64,000 nt of DNA from the human T2T-CHM13v2.0 reference genome, Homo sapiens. The notes below the pieces were generated by a model. It had not been told where the DNA came from. It saw only the letters and a list, made by a program, of their open reading frames with translations, and made no database searches. Where the stretch lies: assembly GCF_009914755.1 (NCBI RefSeq), contig NC_060938.1. One strand, given 5' to 3'. Position 1 is the stretch's first letter; each line of letters starts with the position of its first letter. Below are positions 15,001 to 26,826 of the stretch, piece by piece. A program made the position numbers and the translations under genes.

Positions 15001-18000
15001 ATTCAGACCGCCTTAGCAGTGCTCTGGAATCCTATTTGAGGGAGAAAACTCAGACCACAGCAGGAGTGTTCTGGAGTCCTATGTGAGGGAAAAACATTCA
15101 AACCACAGCAGGATTGTTCTGGAATTCCATGTGTGGCGCAAACCCCCACACCACAGCAGGAGTGTTCTGGAATCCTATGTGAGGACAATCATTCAGACCA
15201 CAGCTGGGATGTTCTGGAATCCTAAGTGTGGGGCAAGCATGCAAACCCTCATAGCATTGTTCTGGAATCCTATGTGAGGAAAATACATTCAGAACACCGC
15301 TGGAGTGTTCTGGACTCCCTTGTGTGGGACAAACATTCAGACCATTCATAGCAGTGTTCAGAAATCCTATGTGAGGGACAAACTTTCAGACTCTCGTAGC
15401 AGTGTTCTGGAATCTTATGTGAGGGAAAAACATTAAGACCCTCTTAGAAGTGTCCTGGAATCCTATGTGAGGGAAAAACACTCAAAACCCAGCAGCAGTG
15501 TTGTGGAATCCCATATGAGGGACAAACATTCAGACCGGGGCAGGAGTGTTCTGGAATCCTATGTGAGGTATAATCATTCAGACCGTCAAGGCAGTGTTCT
15601 GGAATCCTATGTGAAGGAGAAACAGTCAGAACCCAGCAGCAGTGTTCTGGAATCCTATATGAGGGACAAACATCAGACCCTCATATCAGTGTTCTGGAAT
15701 CCTAAGTGAAGAACAAACAATCAGAACCCAGCAGCAGTGTTCTGGAATCCTTTGTCAGGGAAAAACATTCAGATCACAGAAGGAGTGTTCTGGAATCCTA
15801 TGTGAGGGACACACATTCAGAACACAGCATCATTGTTCTGGAATACTATGTGAGGGACAAACTTTCAGACCACTGCAGGAGTGTTCTGGAATCCGATGTG
15901 AGGGACAAACTTTCAGACCCCAGAAGAAGTGTTCTGGAATCGTATTTGAAGCACAATCATTTAGACCCACGTAGCAGTGTTCTGGAATCTTACATGAAGG
16001 AAAAACACTCAGAACACAACAGCAGTGTTGTGGAATCTTACATGAGGGAAAAACACTCAGAACACAACAGCAGTGTTCTGGTATCCTAGGGGAGGGACAC
16101 ACTTTCAGATCACAGCAGGAGTGTTCTGGAATCCTATGTGAGGGAGAATAATTCAGACCCTGGTAGCAGTGTTCTGGAATCCTATGTGAGGGACAAACTT
16201 TCAGACCCGAGTAGCAGTGTTCTGGAATCCTATTTGAGGAACAATCACTCAGATCACAGCAGGAATGTTTTGGAATCCTATGTGAGGGAGACACATTCAG
16301 ACCACAGCAAGATTGTTCTGGAATCTCACCTGAGGAACAAACACCCAGACCACAGCAGGAGTGTTTTGGAATCCTATGTGAGGATCAGCCATTCAGACCA
16401 CTGCAGCAGGGTTCTGGAATCTTATGTGAGGGACAAACATTCAGACCCTGTTAGCATTGTTCTGGAATCTTATGTGAGGGACAATAATGCGGACCCTCTT
16501 AGCAATGTTCTGGAATCCTATGTGAGGGACAAACATTCAGACCCCCGTAGGGAGTGTTCTGGAATCCTATGTGAGGGACAAACACTCGGAATCCAGCAGC
16601 AGTGTTCTGGAATCTTATGTGAGGGACAAACATTCAGACTACAACAGGAGTGTTCTGGACTCCTATGTAAGGGACAAACATTCAGACCCCAGCAGCAGTG
16701 TTCTGGAATCCTATGTGAGGGACAAATATTTAGACCCAAGTAACAGTGTTCTGGAATCATACGTGAGGGACAAACACTCAGAACCCCACAGTACTGTTCT
16801 GGAATCCTAAGTGAGGGACAAACATTCAGACCACAGCAGGAGTGTTCTGGAATCCTATGTGAGGGACAAACATTCAGACCACAGCGGCAGTGTTCTGGAA
16901 TCCTATGTGAGGGACAAACAATCAGACCACAGCAGCAGTGTTCTGGAATCTTATGTGAGGGACTCACATTCAGAACCTCGTAGCAGTGTTTTGGAATCCT
17001 ATGTGAGGGACAAACATTGAGACACTCTTAGCAGTGTTCTGGAATCCTATGCGAGGGACAAACATTCAGACCCAGCAGCAGTGTTCTGGAATCCTATGTG
17101 AGGGAGAAACAATCAGACCCTCGTAACAGTGTCCTGAAATCCTAAGGCAGGTACAAACCCTCAGAACCCAGCAGCAGTGTTCTGGAATCCTATGTTAGGG
17201 ACTCACATTCAGAATTTCCTACCAGTGCTCTGGAATCCTCTGTGAGGGACAGCCTTTCATACTACAGAAGCAGTGTTCTGGAATTGTATTTGAGGAATAA
17301 ACATTCACAGTACAGCAGGAGTTTTCTGGTATCCTAAGTAAGGGACAAACATTCAGACCCACTTAGCAGTGTTGTGAAATCCTATGTCAAGGACAAACAT
17401 TCAGACCCCAGCAGCAGTGCTCTGGAATGCCATGTGAGGGACAAACATTCGGACCACAGCAGGAGTGTTCAGGAATCCTATGTGAGATACAAACATTCAG
17501 ATTACATCAGGAGTATTCTGGAATCCTATATGAGGGGCAAACATTCAGACCACAGCATCAGCGTTCTGGAATCCAATGTGAGGGACAAACTTTCCGACCA
17601 CAGCAGGAGTGTTTTGGAGTCCTATGTGAGGGACTGATATTCAGACCCCCGAAGCTCTGTTCTGGAATCCAAAGTGAGGGAGAAACACTCAGAACCCAGC
17701 AGCAGTGTTCTATAATCCTAGGTGACAGAGAAACATTTAGACCCTCCTGGCAATGTTCTGGAATCCTATGTGAGAGACACACATTCAGAACACAGCAGGA
17801 GTGTTCTTGAATCCTAAATGAGGGACAAACAAGCAGAACTCAGCAGCAGTGTTCTGGAATTCTATGTGAGGGACAAACATAAAGACCACATCAGGAGAGT
17901 TCTGGAATCCTATGTGCCCAAAAACATTCAGATCCCAGCAGCAGTGCTCTTCGATCCTATGTGAGGGAAAACATTCAGACCCTCGTAGCAGTGTTCTTAA

Positions 18001-19892
18001 ATGCTATGTGAGGGACAAACATTCAGAACCTCTTAGCAGTGTTCTGGAATCCTATCTGAGGGACAAACATTTAGACCCAAGTAGCTGTGCTCTGGAATCT
18101 TACGTTAAGTACAAACACTCAGAAACCAACAGCAGTGTTCTGGAATCCTAAGTGAGGGACAAACTTTCAGACCACAGCACGAGTGTTCTGGAATCCTGAG
18201 TGAGAGACAAACATTCGGAACACAGCAGGAGTGTTCTGGAATGCTATGTCAGGGAGAATAATTCAGACCCTCGTAGCAGTGTTCTGGAATCCTATGTGAG
18301 GGACAAACATTCAGACTCCAGTAGCAGTGTTTTGGAATCCTATTTGAGGGAGAAACACTCAGACCAGAGAAGAAATGTTTTGGAATCCTATCTGAGGGGG
18401 AAGCATTCAGAACACAGCAGGATAGATCTGGAAACCCTTGTGAGGCACAAACACCCAGATGACAGGAGGAATGTTCTGGAATCCTATATAAGGGTCAAGT
18501 ATTCAGACCACAGCAGTAGTGTTCTGGAATCCTATATGAGGGACAAACATTCAGACCCTCGTAGCAGTGTTCTGGAATCCTATGTAAAAGACAAACACTC
18601 AGAAACCAGGAGCAGTGTTCTGTAATCCTTTGTGAGGGAGAAACTTTCAGACCACAGAAGGAGTGTTCTGGAATCCTAAGTGAGGGACAAACATTCAGAC
18701 CAAAGCAGCAGTGTTCTGGACTCCTATGTGAGGGACAAACATTTAGGCCCACGTAGCAGTGTTCTGGAATCCTATGTGAGGGACAAATACTCAGAACCCA
18801 GAAGCTGTGTTCTGGAATCCTATCTGAGGGACAAACATTCAGAGCAGAGCAGGAATGTTCTGGAGTCCTATGTGCGGGACAAACTTTCAATCCCTCATAG
18901 CAGTGTTCTGGAATCCTATGTGATGGACAAACATTTACAACCATGAGGCAGTGTTCTGGAGTCATACGTGAGGGACAAACACTCAGATCCCAAACTCAGT
19001 GTTCTGGAATCCCATCTGAGGGACAAACATTCAGACCAGAGCAGGAGTGTTCCGTAATCCTATGTGAGGTACAATCATTCAGACCCTCGTAGCAGTGTTC
19101 TGCAGTCCTATGTGAGGGACAAACACTCAGAACCCAGCAGCATTGTTCTGGAATCTTATATGAGGGACCATCATTCAGACCACAGCTGGCATCTCCTGGA
19201 ATCCTACGTGTGGGACAAGCATTCAGATTCTCGTAGCACTGTTCTGGATTCCTAGGTTAGGAAAATACATTCAGAACACAGCAGGAGTGTTCTGGAGTCC
19301 TATGTGCGGGACAAACATTGAGACCCTCGTAGCACTGTTGTGGAATCCTATGTAAGGGAGAAACACTCAGAACCCAGCAGCAGTGTTCTGGAATCCTATG
19401 TGAGGGACAATCATTCAGACCACAGCTGGAGTGTTCTGGAATCCTACTTGTGGGACAAGCATTCAGACCCTCGTAGCATTGTTCTGTAATCCTATGTTAG
19501 GAAATCACATTCAGAACACAGCAGGAGTGTTCTGGAGTCCTACGTGAGGGACAAAGATTCAGACCCTCATAACAGTGTTCTGGAATCTTATGTGAGGTAC
19601 AAACATTCAGACCCACCTAGCAGTGTTCTGGAATTGTATGTGAGGGACAAACACTCAGAACCCAGCAGCAGTGTTCTGGAATCTTGTCTGACGGACAAAC
19701 ATTCAGACTAGGGGAGGAGTGCTCTAGAACCCTGTGTGAGGTACAATCATTCAGACCACAGCAGGACTGTTCTGGAATCATATGTGAGGGGCAATCATTC
19801 AGACCACAGCTGATGTGTTCTGGAATCCTACGTGTGGGACAGGCATTCAGACCCTCGTAGCATTGTTCTGGAATCCTATGTTAAGAAAATAC
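1..19892. repeat. CER (48-bp centromeric repeat, D22Z3-type) satellite array, about 415 monomers, open at the left window edge
   Basis: Continuous 48-bp tandem unit, consensus ~GTGTTCTGGAATCCTATGTGAGGGACAAACATTCAGACCACAGCAGGA, in a single orientation. The ORFs here all repeat a 16-aa period. The unit matches my recollection of the human CER consensus. Confidence 0.93.
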
Positions 19893-19985
19893 AAATGTAA
19901 GGCTGAAAGCTGTAAAACTCCTACACAAAAATATAAGGGAAAAATATGCAACGTTATGCCATTGAATTTGGCAGTGGGTTCTTGA
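19893..19985 (+). mobile_element. Short old L1 (L1M-type) ORF2 fragment at the CER boundary
   Basis: aaatgtaaggctgaaagctgtaaaactcctacacaaaaatataaggg...ttgaatttggcagtgggttcttg resembles the L1 ORF2 3' region (compare 30790-30870 in the young L1). Confidence 0.55.
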
Positions 19986-21574
19986 CTGCCAGCTGCCCCA
20001 CATCCCTGGAGCATCCATCTGCTCACCGCTGCCGGGTGCTGGGTCCTTCCACACCTGTCACGCTACTTTGTGAGGGGCTCTGAGGGGCACCAACCAGGAC
20101 CCCACGCTGAGCACAGGGCACAGGCCGGGCATTGTCAGGATATTCGCTGGCAGGCTATCCCCATGCCCGCCTCAGACGCCAGGAGGAAGGGCGGCCTGAT
20201 CCGAGTCTGCGGAAGGAGGAAGAAGCACGTTTCCTGAGCCAACAGGGACACAGAGGCGAATGCCATAAAATTATATGGCATATATTTTGAAACATGGCCG
20301 CAATTTGAATAATTAGAATATCTAAAAACTCCAAAGATTATTATGCTGAAATGGCACCAAAAATTATCATTCCAGTGACTACAGGGAATTTTTAATAGTT
20401 GCTATTTTTATAATAAAATTAAACTTTAATGAAATAACTGACTTTCAAACTTCAGCAAGAGGACAAATATTCAGCCAGAGATATCAGTTCCCAGTTTCTG
20501 CTCCGGGTCTTCTCTGGTCTTCCACAGCCCCTCCTGCATCACCCAGGGCTAAAGGGCCACCTGGCCTGGCCTGAATCCCCTCGTCCCTCCGCTTCCCCAC
20601 TCAGCTCCTTTAACCCCCCCTGGGGCAGGGGCGGCAAACTGTCCAGAGCTGGAGGCTCCCTCGACCAGGGCAGCACCGCTCCGCCCCTCTCCGCACCTGC
20701 CCAGCCCCTGGCAAAGGACGTGCCTGGGCCTGGCCCACTGCACGTCCCCCAACGCCTGCCCTGTGCCTGCAACGGCGAAGCTGCCAACAAGAGGTGCCAG
20801 AGGCTGAGGCGCAACCCCCCCAGAGCGCAGGGTTCCCACTCACCTGGGAGTAGGGATAGGCCCCTCCTGGTAGGTTGCACTGTTAAGATTATTTCCTTAT
20901 TTATTTTACTTAAAACTGGTAGAATGTTACTATTATATGACGTACCCATGATTCTGCCAGTAAATTTGGGCATACGTTTATTAGTTTTTGTTAGATTAAC
21001 TAGTTCTTTTGTTTCTGTTATTAAGGTGAAATTTAAATTCTATCTGAAATCAGTAAGATACAGAGAGATTTTAATGAGAAGTGAGTATTTTTTTCTAAAG
21101 GGGAACTGATATCTCTGGCTGAATATGTGTCTTCTTGCTGAAGTTTGAAAGTCAGTTATTTTATTAAAGTTTAATTTTACTATAAAAATAACAACTATTA
21201 AAAATTCCCTGTCATCATTGGAAGGATAAATTTTGGTGCAGTGTCAGTATAACAATATTTCGAATTTTTAAATGTTCTAATTATTCAAATTGTGGTCATG
21301 CTTTAAAAATATATGCCATAGAAGTTATGTTATTTTAAAATACCATTCTTTATTATGGGAAGAAGCAGTAAATTCACCTTAACCGTAGCAGACTCTAGAG
21401 CTGGCTAAAACACCCTTTAGAGGTTAAATTGTAATGAGGTAGACCATCAATGCAAAAAACAGTTTTTTTAGTTGTTCCGCTACCTGTGCAAAACTTATTA
21501 GAAGAATGTTCAGAAATTAAAATCTGTGTTTGTTAAGACTTGTTTCTGCTGGGGGTTTTAGAATGTAATAAAAG

Positions 21575-21684
21575 CTATAAATAAAATTCTAAGCCCCGTA
21601 TCAACTGAACATACTTCCTCTTGAGCAAGAAGACCCCAGAAAAAAACTTAAAAACTGAATTTCTGGCTATGACAGCAAGAGAGG
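21575..21684 (+). mobile_element. ERV1 (MER4-group-like) LTR, 5' part; host of the class III ERV insertion
   Basis: aaataaaattctaagcccc...tcctcttgagcaagaagaccccagaaaaaaacttaaaaactgaatttctggctatgac resembles MER4-group LTR starts. It resumes at 25617. Subfamily is uncertain. Confidence 0.6.
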
Positions 21685-21863
21685 TGTTATGTGCAGGAGA
21701 TGCTCCAGGGAAGAAGAAAACACACACACACAATACCTTTAAAGGTCAACAAACTCGATCCCACATAAATGGCAATCCAGATATAATAAGCAAATGATAG
21801 AATAAGCAAATTGATACAATAAGCAAATTGCAGTGGGAAGGGGAGAAGGAAAAAAATGTGTGT

Positions 21864-21927
<64 letters not shown>

Positions 21928-22213
21928 GATAGACTATGGAGGATTCATCACCAGACCGAGAAGCAACAGCCTGGGCTCCAGAGTCAGCCACTCATCCATG
22001 CACAAAGGAACACAAAAAGGTCAATTTGCTTTTGCCGTTGTCTGTTGTTTTTCAATAACTAAAGTATAGGAATAGATTGAAATAGAGATTTCTCTGAAAC
22101 AGTGCTGGATGAATGCCTCAAGGGGCTCACAAAACCTATTCCGAGACTTGGTGACCATTATTTGTGTCCATGTTCAATTGAGTTTAAATATATTATTTAA
22201 CTTTTTCTGCGTA
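21685..22213 (-). mobile_element. 3' LTR of class III ERV (LTR66-like), with a ~110-bp internal deletion and a (TA)n expansion
   Basis: Its reverse complement is colinear with the LTR at 49110-49715 and ends ...ACATAACA. It lacks the equivalent of ~49320-49428. Confidence 0.85.
21868..21923. repeat. (TA)n microsatellite inside the LTR
   Basis: Pure AT dinucleotide run of about 28 units. Confidence 0.95.
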
Positions 22214-25200
22214 TTCTGTCCCAATTGATACTCAAATGTAAGAAAATACGCTTACAGATATACGAGGAATACATAATTGGTAGAGGTTACAGAAGCAGGG
22301 TAAGCAGAGGAGAATTAAAACACAGTTAATAAAAACCGCACCCACCAAGGCCAACGCCAATGCCAGTTGGACAGCCAATTCATGATGGGGTCCTGACAGT
22401 TAGATTTTGTTTTGCTTGTCCTTGCATGTCTTGGGCGAGGAGAGTAATATTGTGAGAACTGTCAGGGATACACACACAAAATTCAGTATGCAGCAAGGCT
22501 GAAACGCTCTTTGGGCTGCGGTAAGCATACCTAATGCCATTTGATTTTGCAACACAACAGTACACAACTGAGCAAATTCCTCTGATAACAACATAAGTCC
22601 AGTGCTACTACCATTAAGAGCTTTTTCTACATGTAAGCTTAATATTTAAATTTTTTGCTGAAACAGAATTGTATCAGTGGCAGAGGAGAACACTGTTATA
22701 GGGTACACCCCATCAGGGATTCTGGTGCATTTGTAACCAGTGATGTTTGGAAGCATCTAGATTTAGGAAAGAGGTTGTGTTTCATTGGGGACAATGCTGT
22801 TGATTTGGAGTATGTGTTGACAATTGTCTGGTGGGAGAAACCCCAGAGTAACATTAAAAGAGCCATTTAAGGCCTCCAGACAAAGGGGGGGTGCGGTGCC
22901 ATATGGAGTTCAGCTACCGGTATGGTAGGTTCCCTGTATATGTCTTTCCAGGTATATGGGGTAGGATACAAAGGCCTTTGATGCATTGCAAAAGTGGATT
23001 TCTCCTTTTGTCAGACTTGGGCAAAAATAGACTCTTTGATTTGGTTAAAAGAAGTCCAGGTGGGATTACAGGTGCTATTCTCCTGACCCCCTTGGTAGTG
23101 ATGTAACCACTTGGAAATGTTGGCAGAGACAATTTTTTAAGGGAGCCCATTCCCTGCAGCCTGTGGCAATTCGACTAAAAGGCAGCTCTAACTGCAGTTG
23201 ACTTCTTTTGCAGCGGTGGCTACCCAGTTGCTAAATGCATTCTTGGCCTCAGACACAAAGAAGCAGGTGCTGACCATCATTCGATAGGCTATTCCTTTTA
23301 ATAACAAAAACAGAGGGGAACATAACATTGTTTTTAAAATTTTACTACTCCCCTCATTTTCTGCCCCCATACTGTGGCCCCAGGATTTAAGCTGCCCACT
23401 TTGGTGGACCCATATCCTCCAGTTCTATATGATGTTCCTATTGGGGCAGAAATTTCCTCGGGGGTTAATTGGTGACACGGTACTACCAGTAGCTGAGCAA
23501 TCTGCATCTGTGGCTTTATGGCAAAAGAATTTTCGGTGGTATTGTGTTAAAAGATTTTTAACTCTCACCGGTAATCACTATCAATTACACCACCATACAC
23601 TATAATGCCTCTCATTCCAATGCTTGCACGTGTTGTAATCCGTTCATCCACATTTGAGTTTGCAGTTATGGTGGAAATTTTGGCCTGTTGACCTGCCTGC
23701 TGATTAATTAGTCTGCCAAGAGAAAGCAGAGATGCATGAGCATCAACATAACAGTGTTAATGGTAGGGTGCACAGGGATTCAGATATCTTCCCTGTATTC
23801 TTTCCCCAAACCTTTTTATTCCCAATTAACCATTTGCCTCATTGCCATTGAGGCATCTAGATAGTAAGACCATTTGCTACTGACCAAGAGTTGGTATACA
23901 AGTGTCAAATCCCTCTGGCCTTCTTCTGAATAGCTGGGAAGATGGCTACTAGCTCAGCCAGCTGGCTGCTCCCATCCCTTCCTTCATCAGAAATACTTAT
24001 GTTTTTAACAGGATTATAAGCCACGGCCTCCCCGCATCGGGTCCCACCAATGTATTTGGCAGATCCATCAGTAAACCAAGCATGTTTCTGATGCTTTGGA
24101 TGAGGCAGGTCTCTTTCCCTGCCTGCAGGACTTGTTCGGTGGCTTTCTGAGTTGGCAAATTTTTTAAAAATGATACCCCCTTTGGTCCTGGCTTTGCCCT
24201 ATCTTGTATATACCATTCCATTATGTGATGCTACTTTCTTCAGCATGCCCTATTCGATGGGTTTTGGTGGACCTCATGACCCAAGTCATAATAGGAATTT
24301 CAGGCCTTATGAAGACATCATGGTTGAAGCAGAGAGTCTCCATTTCCAGCAAAGCCCGATAGCAAGCTAACAGTCGCTTCTCAAAAGGATTATAAGCTTC
24401 GCCAGCCTCTGGCAGCTTCCAGGTTTGAAACCCCAAGAGTCCCCTCTTCCCATCTTGTTTCTGCCAAAGGCTCCAATTAGCATGTTAATCCAGGACAGTT
24501 GTTTGCAATTCTACTGTCCCATCCCATATGGGCCATCCAGGGCCAGATGCACTGCTTGCTTAGCTTGCTCAAAGGCTGTGTTCTCTTTCTACCTCCAGTG
24601 AAAGTCATTATATTTTCTAGTGACTGCATACAGAGGTTGTGAGATGTTACCCAAACCGGGAAGATGTCTCCAGAATTCAAACAAGCCAATACATTTCTGG
24701 GCCTCCTTTTTAGTGGTAGGGGTTGCAAATTCTAGTATTTTAACCATAGCCTTTGGTAAAATGGACTTTTTCCTTGCGTTCCATGGGATGCAAAGCAATT
24801 TTATAGTTTGTGCAGGTTCTTGAAATTTGTAAAGGCTAATTTCCCATTCTTCAGATAGGAACTGGGTTTTTACCCACACCAAGCCCCAGCTGACTCGTTC
24901 TTCAGTTTTACCCTGACCACACCACTTGCACAGCTGTTTTTCTCATCAATAATCTGTTAGCTTTGAGCCTGATCAGTCAAGACATAGGCCTGAAATTGAG
25001 CCAGGGCCAGTCTGGAAGTCAGAGTAGTGTTTTCTTTTTCCAGCTTACATTTATCTTGTAGCAATTGATTTCTATCTCAACACATTAACTTATAAGCAGT
25101 AAGCAAGCACCATCTATGCTAAGAGATCCCCCTGGCATCTCCTTTGCTGACTGAAATCCCCTGCAGCACTTCATGCACAGTCAAAGGTTCAAATTCCACT

Positions 25201-25320
25201 AATTTAGATACCCAATTTTCACTAAGGTCAGTTCCCCCCGACCATTCAATTGCCAAGAGGGAGAACTGGAGGAGTTTCTATCCTGGAATGTGGGAAGTCC
25301 CTGAGCTTCCAGTGGTGATC
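22214..25320 (-). mobile_element. Internal region of a degenerate class III ERV (HERVL66/HERV-S-related) with gag, pol (RT C-terminus, RNaseH, IN) and env remnants
   Basis: Minus-strand ORF fragments KFQEPAQTIKLLCIPW...KEAQKCIGLFEFWRH (RT) and YNPFEKRLLACYRAL (tether), plus env TM remnants. Homologous to 49720-51439. Confidence 0.88.
22380..22594 (-). pseudogene. Retroviral env TM remnant (immunosuppressive domain plus CX6CC-type region), frameshifted
   Basis: LLSEEFAQLCTVVLQNQMALGMLTAAQ, continued in another frame by SVSALLHTEFCVCIPDSSHNIT. This matches the LQNRxALDxL...GGxCxxxxxECC pattern. Confidence 0.8.
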
Positions 25321-25333
25321 TTGAAGCTGAAAA

Positions 25334-25616
25334 GTGAATCCTCCATAGTCTGGTGGGTGTAGTAGCCAACTCTGGAGCCTAGGCTGTTGCTTCCCCATCT
25401 GGCCATGAATGCTGTATAGTCTGGTGAGTACATATACATAGATATAGATATAGATAGATAGATACATACATACATATATATAGATAGATAGATAAAAATA
25501 TAGATATAGATATAGATATCTGCAATACCATTTACATGGGATAAAAAAGTTGTTTACCCTTAAAGGTATTGTGTGTGTGTCTTTTCTTCTCCCATCAGCA
25601 TCTCCCACACAGAACA
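25334..25616 (+). mobile_element. Inverted (plus-strand) 3' half of the same LTR family, ending ...CACAGAACA
   Basis: Colinear with 49441-49715 on the + strand. It is preceded by a duplicated gtgaatcctccatagtctggtg block and contains a (TAGA/TATAGA)n expansion at ~25430-25520. Confidence 0.85.
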
Positions 25617-25920
25617 GGAGGAGACAGACAGGCCTTGTTACACACCTGTTTGCTGTTGTACCTCTGTTTGCTCTTTAGGTACAACAAATCATCAGCACTA
25701 ATGTTAAAATAGAGATCATAAGACTGACAAAACTGACTCTGTGGCAATATAATACCAAATTATTGTCACAATTTAAGGCAGTGCAAGGCAAGTGTTAAGC
25801 CATGCATGCAGGTCAGCAATCTTGCTACATAGCATCCCTATCTCCACTTAAGAGTTAAAACTTTTATATCAGCTGACTCCAAGTTTTAGATAGAACATTA
25901 CCCCTTTAACAGTGAAGCAA
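25617..25920 (+). mobile_element. Continuation of the ERV1 (MER4-group-like) LTR, cut off by the L1
   Basis: cagcactaatgttaaaatagagatcataagactgacaaaactgactctgtggcaat is a MER4-group-like motif that continues the piece at 21575-21684. Confidence 0.6.
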
Positions 25921-26826
25921 GAGAGAGGAGCCAAGATGGCCGAATAGGAACAGCTCCGGTCTACAGCTCCCAGCCTGAGGGAAGCAGAAGATGGGTGATT
26001 TCTGCATTTCCATCTGAGGTACCCGGTTCATCTCACTAGGGAGTGCCAGACAGTGGGCCCAGGCCAGTGGGTGCGCGCACCGTGCGCGAGCCGAAGCAGG
26101 GCGAGGCATTGCCTCACTTGGGAAGTGCAAGGGGTCAGGGAGTTCCCTTTCCAAGTCAAAGAAAGGGGTGACGGACGCACCTGGAAAATCGGGTCACTCC
26201 CACCCGAATATTGCGCTATTCACACCGGCTTAAAAAACGGTGCACCACGAGATTATATCCCGCACCTGGCTCGGAGGGTCCTACGCCCATGGAATCTCAC
26301 TGATTGCTAACACAGCAGTCTGAGATCAAACTGCAAGGCGGCAACGAGGCTGGGAGAGGGGCGCCCGCCATTGCCCAGGCTTGCTTAGGTAAACAAAGCA
26401 GCCGGGAAGCTCCAACTGGGTGGAGCCCACCACAGCTCAAGGAGGCCTGCCTGCCTCTGTAGGCTCCACCTCTGGGGGCAGGGCACAGACAAACAAAAAG
26501 ACAGCAGTAACCTCTGCAGACTTAAATGTCCCTGTCTGACAGCTTTGAAGAGAGCAGTGGTTCTCCCAGCACGCAGCTGGAGATCTGAGAACCAGCAGAC
26601 TGCCTCCTCAAGTGGGTCCCTGACCCCTGACCCCCGAGCAGCCTAACTGGGAGGCACCCCCCAGCAGGGGCACACTGACACCTCACACAGCAGGGTATTC
26701 CAACAGACCTGCAGCTGAGGGTCCTGTCTGTTAGAAGGAAAACTAACAAAGAGAAAGGACATCAACACCGAAAACCCATCTGTACATCACCATCATCAAA
26801 GACCAAAAGTAGATAAAACCACAAAG
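25921..26826 (+). promoter_or_regulatory. L1 5'UTR internal Pol II promoter (YY1 site CAAGATGGCC at 25932-25941) and antisense promoter region
   Basis: The YY1 motif is intact at the canonical position and the 5'UTR is CpG-rich. Confidence 0.85.

Noticed and set aside
328-19255. Dozens of ORFs with SVLESYVRDKHSDH (plus) or Cys/His-rich CPSHRIPEHCC (minus) repeats resembling zinc-finger or repeat proteins
   Set aside because: They arise from the 48-bp (16-codon) satellite period. Stops and frameshifts are scattered at random, and there is no C2H2 spacing or TGEKPY linker.
1-19892. CRISPR-like alternation of a conserved block (gtgttctggaatcctatgtgaggga) and variable blocks
   Set aside because: The variable parts are homologous to each other, not unique spacers. 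The context is primate and there are no cas genes.
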